Assembly (NCBI RefSeq): GCF_009914755.1
Contig: NC_060939.1
Reading direction: 5' to 3' (one strand)
Length of the DNA stretch: 64,000 nucleotides
From: the human T2T-CHM13v2.0 reference genome, Homo sapiens
The notes under the pieces were generated by a model. It was not told the origin of the DNA, searched no databases, and saw only the letters and a program-made list of their open reading frames with translations. Of the stretch, positions 1 through 20,245 are shown piece by piece. Made by a program: the position numbers and the translations under genes. Every line of letters begins with the position of its first letter. Position 1 is the stretch's first letter.

Positions 1-739
1 TGGACTTTCATATCTGTTCCATTGATCTATATGGTTGTCATTATGCCAACAGCACACTCTTGATTACCCTTGTTGTAACTGTGGAGTTGTGGAGTAAGCT
101 GGTTTTAGACCTCAAGAATTACAAGGTAAAATTGAGAAAATCTGTAAGGAACAAAAGCCTATCAAAATTCAACCTTGAGACAAATATCAGACTAAACATG
201 TGGACTTCATGACTACTGATACAATTTTTCAGTGGATTAAGGCTCCTCAATGCAAGGATCAGATTAAATGGCACATAGTGAAACTTTTCATTTGGGTAAA
301 ATGGCCCATGGCAAAGACCTAACTAAAGTTATAGTCTCTCCTTAGAAGCTTGGCAGTGTTAAAGTAACCCATTTTTAAATTGAGAAAGAGAGGTCAGGTG
401 AAGAAATAAATAAATAATTAGTCTTGGAAAGAATTGTAGGTGATGTAATGGCATGTAGAACTGGCTGAAATTAAATAGGGAAGAAACCCACTAGTTTGGG
501 GGAAAGTTTTATCAGCAAAGAAACTCTAACAATGGACTATAATTATTTCTGGCTTTTAAAATATTAAAACAACTATGGGTACCCCGCCTTCCAGTATTCT
601 AAGATCAAGAAGTAGGCTATAAGAGGTGCATAGCCCTACAGGGTTTAGAGACAAAAGAGAAGCTTATTACTGACATGGCAGTATATTTGGCTCATGTGAA
701 ATATTGGGACATTATTCATTTATTCAAAAATAATTATTG

Positions 740-1266
740 CATGCGATCCAGTATTTCCCTTCCTAGATATTTACCCAAGAGAAATATAGACATATATCCA
801 CGAAAAAACCTGCATGTGAATTTTTAGATCAATTTTATTCATAATTACCAAAACCTGGAAATAATTAAAATATTTATCAATTGGTGGCTGGATAAACAAA
901 TTATGGTATATCCATGCAATGGAATACTACTTGGCAATAAAAAGACATGAACTACTAATAGAATAACAACATAGTTGCTAAGTGAAAGAAGCCGGGCTAA
1001 AAAACGTCCATAATCTATGTTTTCACTTATTTGATGCTCTGGAAAAGGCAGAGCTTTAGGGACAGAAATCAAAGTGGTTGTCTGGGGCTTGAGTAGGAGT
1101 TAGGGGACTACCAAGGAACACAAGGGAACTTTTTGAGATGGTGGAAATACTCTCTGTCTTGGTGGTTGTGGTGGTTATGTGACCATATACATTAGCTAAA
1201 ACATATTGACCTGTATATGTAAAAAGAGTATATTGTGTGATGTATCAATTATATCTCAAACCTGAA
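740..1266 (+). mobile_element. Old L1M (L1MC/ME-like) 3' end inserted into an L2 fragment
   Basis: L1M 3'UTR motifs (tttacccaagagaaat, caatggaatactact). Flanked by AAAAATAATT(A/T)TTG at 726-739 and 1267-1280; L2-like sequence on both sides. Confidence 0.7.
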
Positions 1267-2509
1267 AAAAATAATTTTTGAACACTGTTAGTGCCAGTTC
1301 TAGCTACTGGTATTACAGTGGTGAGTAAACAGACCTGATCTTGCTTCCAAGAAGTTAATATGTGTTGCTTTTGAGTATTTTTTAAGTACATCAATTACAC
1401 ATTTTTATATTTTGATAGACATATGTATGCGTACATATACCATGAAACCACTTATCTTTATTATATGTAATACTGTGATATTCTATGAAAAATAGATATT
1501 TAAGTTATCAAAATTCCAAACTTTGGATTATACATAAGATTAGACATGATGTTTATCCAGTAAACTAAAGAACTGAAATGATGCTAACAACAGATGATGA
1601 TGTTGTGATGATGACGCTCTGTTTACCTATCAGTTTTTTTTTAATGCAACTGTTTGAACAGATGGCTTTTACCATGTAAAACATGGCATTTGTTGATCAG
1701 TTGGGAATTCCTGAATATGGGAGATAATTCTATAAAGAAACCATTCATTTCAGGTTGGAACAATGATATTCCACCTAAATAATTATAATTAGGAAGAATA
1801 TATTTTAATAGGTCTTCAACACCCAGGATGACTCTGTCAAAAAATGTGATGGGAAACCAGAGTTTAATTTCCTAATAACGTAGTATACGTATCCTCCAGT
1901 CTGCTTGAAGCATGGTTTACCATACAGTTATTTCCATCATATTACAAACAGACATTTCATGGAGTTAAACAAAAGTAAGAATACCATACTATAGCTTACT
2001 TTTCATGAAAATACACTAGCAAAGTAATATCACTGTGAAATCTGATGGAGACAGATAACCCTTAAATGTCTTTTGGCTGATATGTATGCATGTATGTTGG
2101 GGAATGGAATGAAAGGTACAGAAAATGTACTAAAATGACAAACATTAATTTAAAATGAGGAAGATTAAAGAGGACACTTAAAATTTGTATAACATTTGGA
2201 AACATTTTCATGTCATTTGTGAGAATGATTTAGTTTCTGTAATTTTTAACATATTTTGAAAGCCTTTTTTTCTTCCCAGAGGTATTTCTAATAGTTAAGA
2301 GGTTTATTTATCTAAGTATATCTTTGTATTTAATATGAAAAAATTTATGCATGGCTAGCTAAGTGGGAGGCATCTGATGGAAAATAATTTTAGTTGTATG
2401 TCTTCTCCAATGGTTAGGAGTTCTCAGGGGATATAGTGGAGTTTTTTCATAGCAATAATGGATGCTAACATGGTATGTTTTCAGAGATATAAATACAATG
2501 CCCAAGACA

Positions 2510-2686
2510 ATGGGTTAGGCAAACTTTTTCTGTAAAGGGGCAGATAGCAAATATTTTTAGATTTGTGGGCTGTATAGTCTGTTGTACCTGCTTAACTTTA
2601 AGGTTGTAGTGTGAAAACAGCCATAGATAATACATAAATGAGTGAGTGGGTGGATTCAGCCTGTGGGCCATAGTTTGCAGACCTCC
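2510..2686. mobile_element. MER58A-like hAT-Charlie MITE
   Basis: ggcaaactttttctgtaaagg...gggccatagtttgcagacc matches the MER58 ends. Confidence 0.8.
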
Positions 2687-3292
2687 ATAAACACTCCTTG
2701 TTTGAAACTACAAATATATTTTGAAAACCTTGTGTATAAAAATGAATTGCATTTTACGTGTATTTATTCATGCACTCAACAAATACTTACGCCAGTAGTA
2801 CCTGGCATATAAACTTTTAAATTGACTAGGCATAGAATATTGAACAAGGCAGACGTGATTTCTACCCTCATAGAGTTCACAATATAATGAGGAAAACAGG
2901 CACTAACCAGGTGTTTTAAGTGGATTAAAAGAACAGTAACATTTAGTGGGCTTACAATAAAAAGCCCTGTGGTGAATTATTTGTAAAATGGGTAATTGCT
3001 GTGGATAGCCCACAATTACTCTTTATGATTTCCATTCATTAAAATTTTTGCTACATTTTCCTACTAGAATATTGGCATTATAGTGTATCTTCTCAAAGGT
3101 GAATTATTTAACCAAAGCATTTTTCTTGTTTATGGTACTCATTCAAAATAAATTAACATGTGGGTAACTAGAATTATAGCAAAGTCTGTTTGATTGTTGA
3201 ATATTTTCCCTTTCAAATATAATTGTTGAATTTCATTGTCTCAGCTCAGTGTCATCTATTATTAATGTATAATGTTTATTTTTGGCCTGTAG

Positions 3293-3341
3293 AGGTCTGT
3301 TACCATCTGAAGGGATAGTTCATCTTCATTCAGAAACTAAG
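3293..3341 (+). CDS. TEX9: TEX9 internal coding exon ((R)GLLPSEGIVHLHSETK)
   Basis: tttggcctgtAG acceptor and AAG|GTATGA donor. 49 nt, starts phase 2 and ends phase 0. Joins in frame to 4139; peptide matches TEX9 as I recall it. Confidence 0.88.
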
Positions 3342-4138
3342 GTATGAAATCAAACTTTCTGTGAATGCAATTATATTCTGTAGAACTCCGGATATTTTTT
3401 AGACTTTTCTTAGACAAAGCAGAGAAGGGGTATGACTCAACAGAAATAGAATATGAACCTTGATACTCAGAGGGATGCATTTGTGAAGTGTCCCTCATAA
3501 ACTAAATGGAATCCTTTGTTGTCTCATAATTTCACTGAATAATTTGGAGGTATAGTGGAAAAAATGCTAGGTGAAATGACTTTGTAAACTGAGGCTTATT
3601 TTTTTTTCCTGACGCTTAAATCTAGTAGAGAGAAGACTTGAAAAAGAATGATACTCATATACAAAGAAGGTGATTTGAAAAGTTTGTTTGTTCATTTAAA
3701 TAGTGACAGTGTAGAGATCACTCTTCCAGGTGTAGAACATAGTGGGATCTATGTTTCCCATCCATGGAGACCTAAGCCAAGGGAACTGTATACCTGAAGG
3801 CCACGGGAGGTCTGCCTGGGGAATAATTGGTTCATGAGGAGAACTAAATTCTGTGAGTCAGAACGTCCAGATTTATTCATGACATTCCACTGGCTAGCTG
3901 AATACCATTGAATCTTTAGGACTCATTTTCCTTATACTTGAATTTCTTGGTTTTGGTGTTATCTAGGTCTTTTCCAGCTATACAGTTGTGATATTCTTGA
4001 AAACACATTTTTGGTAATTCCATGAAAATAGCAAATAGCAGTTTTTCTGTGTAGCAAAATTCTATGTGTTACAGAATTGCTTTCTTTGGCAAATGATTAG
4101 ACTCTAATTAGTCAATACTTTCAATTCTTTTCATGTAG

Positions 4139-4255
<117 letters not shown>

Positions 4256-5087
4256 TAGTTTTGTAATTCACAATACCATCATTCTTAATTATTAAGCTCT
4301 GTTTGTTTTTCCAGATCTTTTTACACCCTAAACATTAAGTTACACCACATATATCTTATCCACATTCAGTAATTTAGAACATTTTCTACTCAGGAATGTT
4401 TTGCAGCAGTTAACAAATATTTTATATTGTTCTCTTAAGCAAAATTGCTAAATCTAAAATTTTTATAAATGTTATTTCTAGTGAGTTATTCTCTTAGAAC
4501 TGTGACTACAACTGGGTTTTTTTTTAATCTCTGCCTAGTTCTCCCAAATAGGCTCAATAGTGTAGTTTTTGAGTATTTGACAAAATGCATATATTATTTT
4601 GTCTGTTGAGCTACAGAATGATTTGGCATGCTCTAAATAGGACTATAATATAATTATAATTTACATTTTGTTGTTTTGGGTGAGAAAGAATTCAAGACGG
4701 TTCTTAGTATTATAAGCATAAAAAGGGACCCAAGATGCTCCCTAGGATAGGATGCCTTCTAGAAAAGGTGGAGGATTGGGTTGCACCAACCATCTTCAGT
4801 AAGTTATTAAATTTATTTGTCTATTACTTACCCAGGCTGATCATTGTATTGTAATTCTGGAAAAATCTTTGTTCACTTTTGTGTCTTAATTGTTTAAATA
4901 ACTTTTTTTTTTTAATAAAAGGGATGGAAAAAATAGAGTGAAGTGATAAGGAACAGAAATTAACTATACAATAGATTGAAGAAAAGAACATACATGCCAC
5001 ATACATGCATATATAACTGGAAAGGGTTATCTTTTCAGACTTCACATTTTTTTAAAAAAAGTTGATTTTTCAAATAGAATTCTGAAG

Positions 5088-5316
5088 ATCAAGACCTACT
5101 ATTTGATAGCACAATAGGGTGACGATAGCCAATAATAACTTAATTATATTTTTAAAATAAAGAGTGTAATTAGATTGTTTGTAACTCAAACAATGCTTGA
5201 GGGGATGGATACCCCCTTCTCCATAATGTGCTCATTTCACATTGCATTCCTGTATCAAAACATCTCATGTACCTCATAAATGTGTATACCTACTGTGTAC
5301 CCACAAAAAATTAAAA
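5088..5316 (+). mobile_element. L1MA-type 3' end
   Basis: tttgatagcacaatagggtgac...catctcatgtacctcataaat...; approximate TSD GAATT(C/G)TGAAG. Confidence 0.75.
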
Positions 5317-5819
5317 TGAATTGTGAAGCCTTTGCTTATGTTTTAAAAGTGAACTTGGCTTTCAGAACCATAAATTTGTTGATGTGTCAATGAATTAGGC
5401 CTGGACTATTCCTCAGTGCCTTTAGAAATGAGTTTGATTTTGTCTATCTTCTCCTTTTCATTAAAAAAAATTCACATCCAACTTTTTGGTTAGTATTGAT
5501 TGTGGTTAAGAATGTGTTTCTTTGGGTGGAAAAAATGTTGTTTGATTGAGCTATTAGCTCTTCACTCTGTAATTCTTTCTCAAGGGGTATTTTTCTTTGC
5601 TGTTTGTAGAATTATGGCCAGGATGATGTCAGTTTGTACAGTTTTTCTCTAGAAGCGTGTAAATTTAAAAGTCATAGGCTGGATTTGACCTAGGAGGCCA
5701 AGTGCAATACTCTTAGTTTTGGTATTGCCTTATTTGGAAGCAAAGTCTATACCATCTGGCCTCATAAAGCCTTCTCTAGCTCTGTGGTCACATGATTCAT
5801 AAAAACCAAAAATCTGCTA

Positions 5820-5959
5820 AGTCTCTTGTAATATAGTCCTTGAAAGTATCACATGTAGATTTCATCATAAATTTAAAATGTGTAATAGTAGTCTCTTGTA
5901 ATATAATCCTTAAAAATATCAATTACAGATTTCATCATAAATTTAAATTTATAATAATT
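5820..5959. repeat. Degenerate 70-bp tandem duplication (2 copies)
   Basis: gtctcttgtaatata...agatttcatcataaatttaaa at 5821 and again at 5891. Confidence 0.9.
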
Positions 5960-6048
5960 TTGATCTGCTTATTTGGGTAAAAGGCATATATCCTGTCTAC
6001 CTTTCCTATTTTGTTCATATGTACGTATATACATACATATGTATTTAA

Positions 6049-6285
<237 letters not shown>

Positions 6286-6998
6286 TAGAAGAAGAAATCT
6301 TGGGGAACTATTTCTTCCATTTAAAAAAATGTATTGTGATGTCTTGGTTTGTTTCAGAATTATCTAGTAGGATGTGGTGGAGGGAGGAATGAATGGGATT
6401 ATAGATTAAATAAAATTGGCCATGGGTCAGTCATTGTTAAAGATAGGTGGTGGGTAAATGAGGTTCATTGAACTCGCCTACTTTTATGTTTCATATTTTC
6501 CATTATAAAAAGTAAAAATAAAAAAGACTATATTGTACTGATTTGATTGAATACATTTCAACTTAAGTTAAAATACCCATTGCTTATTGTTAAAATATTA
6601 AAAAAGTTTTTCTGAATTTTTTCATTTACTGTTAATATATTTTATTTATTGCATGTTAAATCAACACATGCAAAAGGACAAATGAATTGACATTGCATCA
6701 GGTAAAACAATCAAATGAGTGTTCTAATGAATATAATTTTTCTTCTTATTAACTCATTCTTTGCATATCACTAGAATAATAATACTAAATTTTGATCAAC
6801 TGAAAACATTAGTAAATTTATGAGGAGCCTCCTATGCTATTGAAACAAAAAAGTAAGACAATTGAGTATATATGAACTAGTTACTGCTGAACTATAATAC
6901 AATTAATTGTGACTACAGGCAAGCCACTTAGCCCCTCTGTAATAGCAGTTTATTCATTTGAAAATTTAGTAGTTTGTATTAGATGATCATTAAGTTTA

Positions 6999-7407
6999 TG
7001 TATTAGTCTGTTCCTGCACTGCTATAAAGAAATACCTGAGACTGTGTAATTTATAAAGAAATGGTTTAATTGGCTCATGGTACTGCAGGCTGTATAGGAA
7101 GCATAGCAGTTTCTGCTTCTGGGGAGGCCTCAGGAAACTTCCAATCATGGCGGAAGGCAAACAGGGAGTGAGGCATCTCACACGGTGGGATCACGAACAA
7201 GAGACGGGGGAGGTGCTACATGCTTTTAAACAACCAGATTTCATGAGAACTCACTATCATGAGGACACTACTAAAAGGGATGATACTAAACCATTCATGA
7301 GAAACCACCCCCATGATCCATTCACCTCCCACCAGGCCCCACCTCCAACACTGGGGATTACAATTCAACATGAGATTTGGGTGGGGACACAGATCCAAAC
7401 CATATCA
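6999..7407 (-). mobile_element. MST-family (MSTA/B) MaLR solo LTR
   Basis: TGTATTAGTC...CCAAACCATATCA termini; perfect 5-bp TSD GTTTA (6994-98 and 7408-12). Confidence 0.9.
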
Positions 7408-8966
7408 GTTTATCTTTAAAATTCTCTGATTCTGTGAAAAATCATAATTTATATGTATAATAATTATTGTTACTAATCACAAGTAGGGAGCAGTTTTCTT
7501 CTGCACTTACTATATTTACTGATCTAATCAAGCTTTCTAGGGCTAGTTATGGTAAGGGAAGGTAAATGGAGCAGTAAGTTGCCTTTAGGTCTCTCTAAGA
7601 TGCTTTAGAGGATGTGATGCACAGGCATTGATTGTTCCTCGGTAGAGGAACATGGTCCCATGTCCCATGGCCCTGTTAGAACTTTGCCTCCCTGTGTTCC
7701 CTTTTTAGTATCACTGGCCTAGGTGTCTTCTCTTTTGGGAGAATTTTCTCTTATTTTAGATGATTGCTTGGAATGGTTTGGTTATGTGTGGGAGAAAAAG
7801 ACCAAGAGGTAATTTGGGAGCACAGATTACTTTGTAAGATTAAAGCTAGGGTCGAGTGGGGAGCAGAGTTTAGTACTGTGGGCCTCCAGACATGGGAGCA
7901 CTCTGCTCCTTGAGTTAGAGTTGAGGTAGAGTTACTAAGGTTAGAGTTAGGGAGAAAAAGAAATGGGAAAAGTCATGCTTTCCTATTTTTTCTTCCCTCT
8001 TTCCCTCAGAGGCCAACTACTGTCAACTTCACCCTTTTTAATTTGTCATTTCCCTCTACTCCCTACTCACCTGGAGTTACATGAGAGGCTGGTAGGAGAG
8101 TTGAGGCCAAAGAGACCTAGGTAGGGTTAGAGCCAACCATAATTCATCAGCTCCATGATAACACTGAGGGCACTTAAAAAAGCTGGAAGTGTGTATGGAG
8201 ATGTTTTATGCTCTGCACGTCACATGTGTATGGCTTAGTGAGATTTGTCCTAATGACTTCTCAGAGCAGTTCCAAGTGTTTCCTCAAGATAAATTCCATG
8301 ATGGTAAGGGTTGTTTTATAATATTCCTACTATGCCATTTTGAACAAATCACTGAATGACTTATGAGTGAGTTCTAAGTTCAGTTTTCACTTTATTTACT
8401 TTATGGGCCTATAAACTTCAAAGATTTACTGCTGATATTATTGAATAATGAACTTTTGCTGGCAGTAAAGTACCAAAGATAGATCCTGAAGGTTTGTGGG
8501 AGAAAGCTTAGACAGTAAGGTATTAGTGTATTTCTTTGCTTCAAAGACACATATACTACATTTTAACTGCTCAGAAATTGGGATCTGTGTTACAGTCAGT
8601 GGCATTTTGTAATCACAGTGGCTGCACTGAAGCTGAGTTTTGCTAGAGAAGATTTATGTTTGTTTCTGCCAAACTCTCAGGGACATTACTGACCTGAGAA
8701 CACTTTAAATAATCTGATGTAGTTTGGACCACCCTGGTGCGTGTGAATTTAGTCTGCAAACTTATGTGAATACTACCTGTGATTTCTTTCTGTTGAGTGG
8801 ATTTATTCGTCATTGACCTTTTCATTAGGACTGTTGAGTACCTATAGTGCCCCCTAACAGATATCTCCTATTTGACTCCCCATCTTGAGTATTTTCTTCT
8901 TTATAAAGTAATGGTCTGTCTTACAATTGATGTCATCTTAGATTCAGCAAAAGACAGTAAATATAA

Positions 8967-9137
<171 letters not shown>

Positions 9138-9478
9138 TGAATTACTTTATTTAGATATAAATCATAGTTAAATTTTGAATTCAAAAATTGTATATAAGTA
9201 CTGAACTTTATTCTGAGATGTTGAATTTTCACAGAGCTGAAATATCTTAAATTCTTGCTACAATTAGAATTCTCTATATTAGTCTTACAAATGTAGTGTA
9301 AGCTATTAAATGCAAATAAAACATTTGACTTCCATTTTTGAAGATAAAAATAGACTAATTTGTTTTTCATGAAACGTGTATAAATATCAAAGAACATATG
9401 AAACGTCTTTTTTTCTGCTTTGTTTTGATAACAAATCTTACATATTTTTTCACATAATCTATAACTTTATAACTATAG

Positions 9479-9673
<195 letters not shown>

Positions 9674-9792
9674 TAACTTAATGCCACAGATACAAGAAAA
9701 TTATTAAGGTTACACATTTGTATAGATGCCATTTTGACAGTTCAGTTATTTTATTAGTATTTACTGAAAACTCTTTCCCCTTACATAGAATA

Positions 9793-10850
9793 TTTTTAAC
9801 AACTTTATTGAGATGTAATTCACCCTTTTAAAGTATGCAATTCAATGGCTTTTGGTGTATTCATAGAATTGTGCAACTATCACCACAACCATTTTCATAA
9901 TCCCTAAAAGATACTTCATACCCTTTAGCCACCACACCCTGACCCTGCTCCCCTCAATCCCTTACAGCCCTAGGCAACAACTATTCTATTTTATGTCTCA
10001 ATAAATTTGTCTATTCTGGAAATCACATATACGTGGAATCATATAATATGTGGTCTTTTGTGACTGACTTTTACTTAAGATATTTTCAAGGTTCATTCAT
10101 GTTGCAGCCCCTATCAGTATTTTATTTCTTTTTATTGGCAAGTAACATTCTGTTATATGGATATAACACATTTAATTTATCTGTTTATCAGTTCGTAGCT
10201 TTAGGTTATTTGGGTTGTTTCTACTGTCTGACAATTTTAAATACTTTGAATATTCATGTACAAGTTTTTGTGTGCACGTATGTTTCTATTTCTCTTGGTT
10301 ATATAGCCAGGAATGGAATTGCTGGGTCATATGGAAATCCTATGTTGACCTTTTGAGGAATTGCTGACTGTTTTCCAACCTGCCTGTACCATTTTACATT
10401 CCTACCAGTAGTGCATGAAGCTCCTAATTTCTACACATCCTCACCAACATCTGCTAGATTATCTTTTTGATTATAGCCATACTGCAAGTGTAAAAGGGTT
10501 ACCTCATTGTGGTTTTGATTTGCATTTCCCTAATAACTAATGATGTTGAACATCTTTTCATGTGCTTATTGGCATTTGTATATTTTCTTTGGAGAAATGT
10601 CTGTTAAGGTCTTTGCCCATTTTTTAAATTGGATTTGAAAAAATTACTGAATAATAAGAACTTTTAAGTTCTTTATGTGTTTAGATACAAGTCCCTTATC
10701 AGGTATATTTTGCAAATAGTTTTCCCCTACAGTGGGTTGTCTTTCACTTTCTTTATGGTACTCTAAAGGCACAAAAGTTTTAAATTTTGATGAAGTCCAG
10801 TTTATCTAATATTTATTTGGTTTCCTGTGCTTTTGGTGTCATATTTAAGG
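9793..10850 (-). mobile_element. L1MB-like 3' fragment
   Basis: tttattgagatgtaattcac...; gaattgctgggtcatatgg; tttgcatttccctaataactaatgatgttgaacatc. Confidence 0.8.
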
Positions 10851-11423
10851 GGAGAATGTATTTTAAATAAACTATCCTAGCTTATATTAGTGTGCCATTG
10901 TGAAAATAAAAATATACTGTTTGAGATTGCTTTGTAAAATGTAGTGACGATAAGAATTATGTAATATAGCATATCCCGAGATTTAGTAAGAAAATGTGCC
11001 CCCTTTATTAGTACCCTTACATTTCTCGTTTGTATGGTCATATTTAAAAACCCTGCTTTTTAAACATTTTGGTCTTGTATAATTAGCTTTATCTTGTAAT
11101 AAATTTTAATATCAAAATCACTTAGACAAAATTTATATGCAGTAAATTCACACTTTTTAGTGTACAATTCTATGAGTTTTGACAAATGTATGCAGTAATA
11201 TAACTATCACTATAATTGAGACATAGAACAGTTCCATCAGCCCCCCAAAATTCCCTGTGAATTTAGTGAAGGCCTTCCCTAATTCCACCACCAGGCAACC
11301 ACTGATCTGTGTTTGGTTCTTAAATTTTGGACTTTTCCCAAATGTCACATAAATAGAATCGCATTGGATATAGACTTTTGAATCTGTTTTTTTTTTTTTT
11401 TTTTTCAGTTAGCATAAAACATT

Positions 11424-12799
11424 TGATATGGTTTGGCTGTGTCCCCACCCAAATTTCATCTTGAATTCCCACTTGTTGCGGGAGGGAGCCGGTGGGAGGT
11501 AATTGAATCATGGGGGCAAGTCTTTCCTGTGCTGTTCTTGTGATGGCGAAAAAGTCTCAGGAGATCTGATGGTTTTAAAAGGGAGAGTTTCCCAGTGCAA
11601 ACTTTCTTGTCTGCTGCTATGTGAGACATGCCTTTTACTTTCCAACATGATTGTGAGGCCTCCCCAGCCATGTGGAACTGTGAGTCCAGTAAACCTCTCT
11701 CTTTTGTAAATTGCCCAGTCTTGGGTGTGTCTTACCAGCAGCATGACGATGAACTAATCCAGTAAATTGGTACTAGTAGAGTCAGGCGCTACTGAAAAGA
11801 TACCAAAAAGTGTTGAAGTGACCTTGGAACTGGGTAAGAGGCAGAGGTTGGAAAAGTTTGGAGGGCTCAGAAAAATACAGGAAAATATGGGAAAGTTTGG
11901 AACTCCCTAGAGACTTGTTGAATGGCTTTGACCAATATACTGATAATGATATGGACAATGAAATCCAGGCTGAGGTGATCTCAGATGGAGATGAGGAACT
12001 TGTTAGGAACTAGAGCAAATGTGACTCTTGTTATGTTTTAGCAAAGAGACTGGTGGCATTTTGTCCCTCCCCTAGAGATCTGTGGAACTTTGAACTTGAG
12101 AGAGATGATTTAGGGTATCTGGTGGAACAAATTTCTAAGCAGCAAAGCACTCAAGAGGTGACTTGGTGCTGTTAAAGGCATCCAGTTTTGAAAGGGAAAC
12201 AGAGCACAAAAGGTTGGAAAATTTGCAGCCTGAGAATGCAGTGGAAAAGAAAATCCCATTTTCTGAGGAGAAATTCAAGCCGGCTGCAGAAATTTGCATA
12301 AGTCTTGAGGAGCTGAATGTTAATCCCCAGGACAATGGGGAAAATGTCTCCCAAGGTATGCAGAGGTCTTCACGGCAGCGCCTCCCATCACAGGCCCAGA
12401 GACCTAGGAGGCATGATTGGTTTTGAAATGTGAGGACATGAGATTTGGGAGGGTCTTGGGGTAGAATATGGTTTGGCTGTGTCCCCACCCAAATTTCATC
12501 TTGAATTCCCATGTGTTGTGGGAGGGACCCAGTGGGAGGTCATTGAATCACAGGGGCAGGTCTTTCCTGTGCTGTTCTCATGAGAGTGAATAAGTCTCAG
12601 GAGATTTGATGGTTTTAAAAATGGGAATTTCCCTGCACAAGCTCTCGTCTGCCACCATGTGAGATGTGCCTTTACCTTCCAGCATGATTGTGAGGCCTCC
12701 CCAGCCATGTGAAACTGTGAGTGCAGTAAATCTCTTTCTTTTGTAAATTGCCCAGTCTTGGGTATGTCTTTATCAGCAGCATGAAAACGGACTAATACA
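11424..12799 (+). mobile_element. THE1 (MaLR) two-LTR element with internal deletion, inserted in an old L1M
   Basis: LTR 11424-11761, about 700 bp of THE1-int, then LTR ~12466-12799; perfect TSD ACATT (11419-23 and 12800-04). Confidence 0.92.
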
Positions 12800-12934
12800 A
12801 CATTCAATATTTATCCCTATTATAGTCCATTCCTTTTTATTGCTGAGTAGTGTAAACTATGAATGAATGTACTTCAGTTTGTTTCCCCACTCATCTAGTA
12901 ATAAAAGTTAATTATAGTATTTAATAGTCTGAAC

Positions 12935-13226
12935 TTGTGTTTCCAGTATGGTAGCCACTTACCATATGTGGCTAAATTGCGATGTGCTATAACTATAAAG
13001 TAAAAATCAGATTTTGAAGAATTCATGTAAAACAGAATGAAGAATGTAAAATATCTCAAAATCTCTTTAATATTTTTTGTATTGGTTATATGTTGAAATA
13101 ATATTTGAATATATTAGGTTAAGTGAAATATGTTATTAAAATTAATTTTACCTGTTTTACCTTCTTGCAGTGGCTACTAGAAATTTTGTAATTACATATG
13201 TATTCTGTATTCTATTTCTATTGGTC
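12935..13226. mobile_element. MER33-like hAT-Charlie DNA element
   Basis: atggtagccact...atgtggcta; attaaaattaattttacctgttt; gtggctactagaaatttt. Confidence 0.7.
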
Positions 13227-13666
13227 TAAGAAATATATATAATTGGTCTAAAGGGAAAAAGCTGTAGTGTCTAGGGGAACATCCATGTTTTAATTTGTCA
13301 TGACTTTACCATTTACCGTTATGCACCCAAGCTCTGTCACATCACTGTTCTAGTCTCAGATAATCTTGAAACCTTGGTTATATATTTGATTCTTTTCATG
13401 TTCTTGGCCATCATGTCCAATCCTGTGCAATTTTTCTTCCAAATGTTTTTCATTCATCCCTTATTTTCAGTTCCCATTTTGTGTCCATTTTCCATTTCTT
13501 ATCCATTGTATACTGTACTTTGTCAGTAGATTAATGTTGCCAAAGGGTGACATTGATTATACTTTTCCCTTTGTAGGGGGAGAATTTTTTTTTCCCTTTG
13601 TATGGGGATAATTTTTTGAGTGCCATATGCCAGACAAAATGCATTTTATAGAAACGGAAACTGACT

Positions 13667-13796
13667 GGCCAGGCATGGTGGTTGATGCCTGTAATCCCAG
13701 CACTTTGGGAGGCCAAGGCAGGTGGATCATGAGGTCAGGAGATCGAGACCATCCTGGCTAACATGGTGAAACCCTGTCTCTACTAAAAATACAAAA
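13667..13796 (+). mobile_element. Alu (AluY/Sc-type) left monomer, split by an L1 insertion
   Basis: GGCCAGGC...GATCGAGACCATCCTGGCTAAC...TACTAAAAATACAAAA. Confidence 0.92.
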
Positions 13797-19957
<6,161 letters not shown>

Positions 19958-20140
19958 TAAAATACAAAAAAGCCGGGCGTGGTGGTGGGCGCCTGTAGTC
20001 TCAGCTACTTGGGAGGCTGAGGCAGGAGAATGGCGTGGCGTGAAACCGGGAGGGAGCTTGCGGTAAGCCTAGATGTCGCCACTGCACTCCAGCCTGGGTG
20101 ACAGAGCAAGACTCCGTCTCAAAGAAAAAAAAGAAAAAAA
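19958..20140 (+). mobile_element. Alu right monomer and tail (continues 13667-13796)
   Basis: AGCCGGGCGTGGTGG...GAATGGCGTG...GAGCTTGC. Alu TSD GGAAACTGA(C/G)T at 13656-66 and 20143-53. Confidence 0.92.
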
Positions 20141-20245
20141 AAGGAAACTGAGTTTGTTGGTTAAGCAAATTACCCAAGGTTATATATAGGTAGTGGCAGA
20201 ACAGGATTCAAACTGTGTCTGACACCAAAGTCTGTGTTTTTTCAA
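20141..20245. mobile_element. MIR (host of the Alu; its other part is at about 13640-13665)
   Basis: cattttataga...ggaaactgag...ggttaag...cccaaggt...gtggcaga..caggattcaaac...tctgac.ccaaag MIR core. Confidence 0.7.

Noticed and set aside
12135-12512. THE1-int ORFs (87-125 aa) as genes
   Set aside because: Remnants of the MaLR internal ORF or its antisense frame in a deleted element.
13563-13617. ~27-bp degenerate tandem duplication (TTTTCCCTTTGTA.GGGGA.AATTTTTT); a similar 16-bp one lies near 39570-39600
   Set aside because: Ordinary slippage events with no functional hint.
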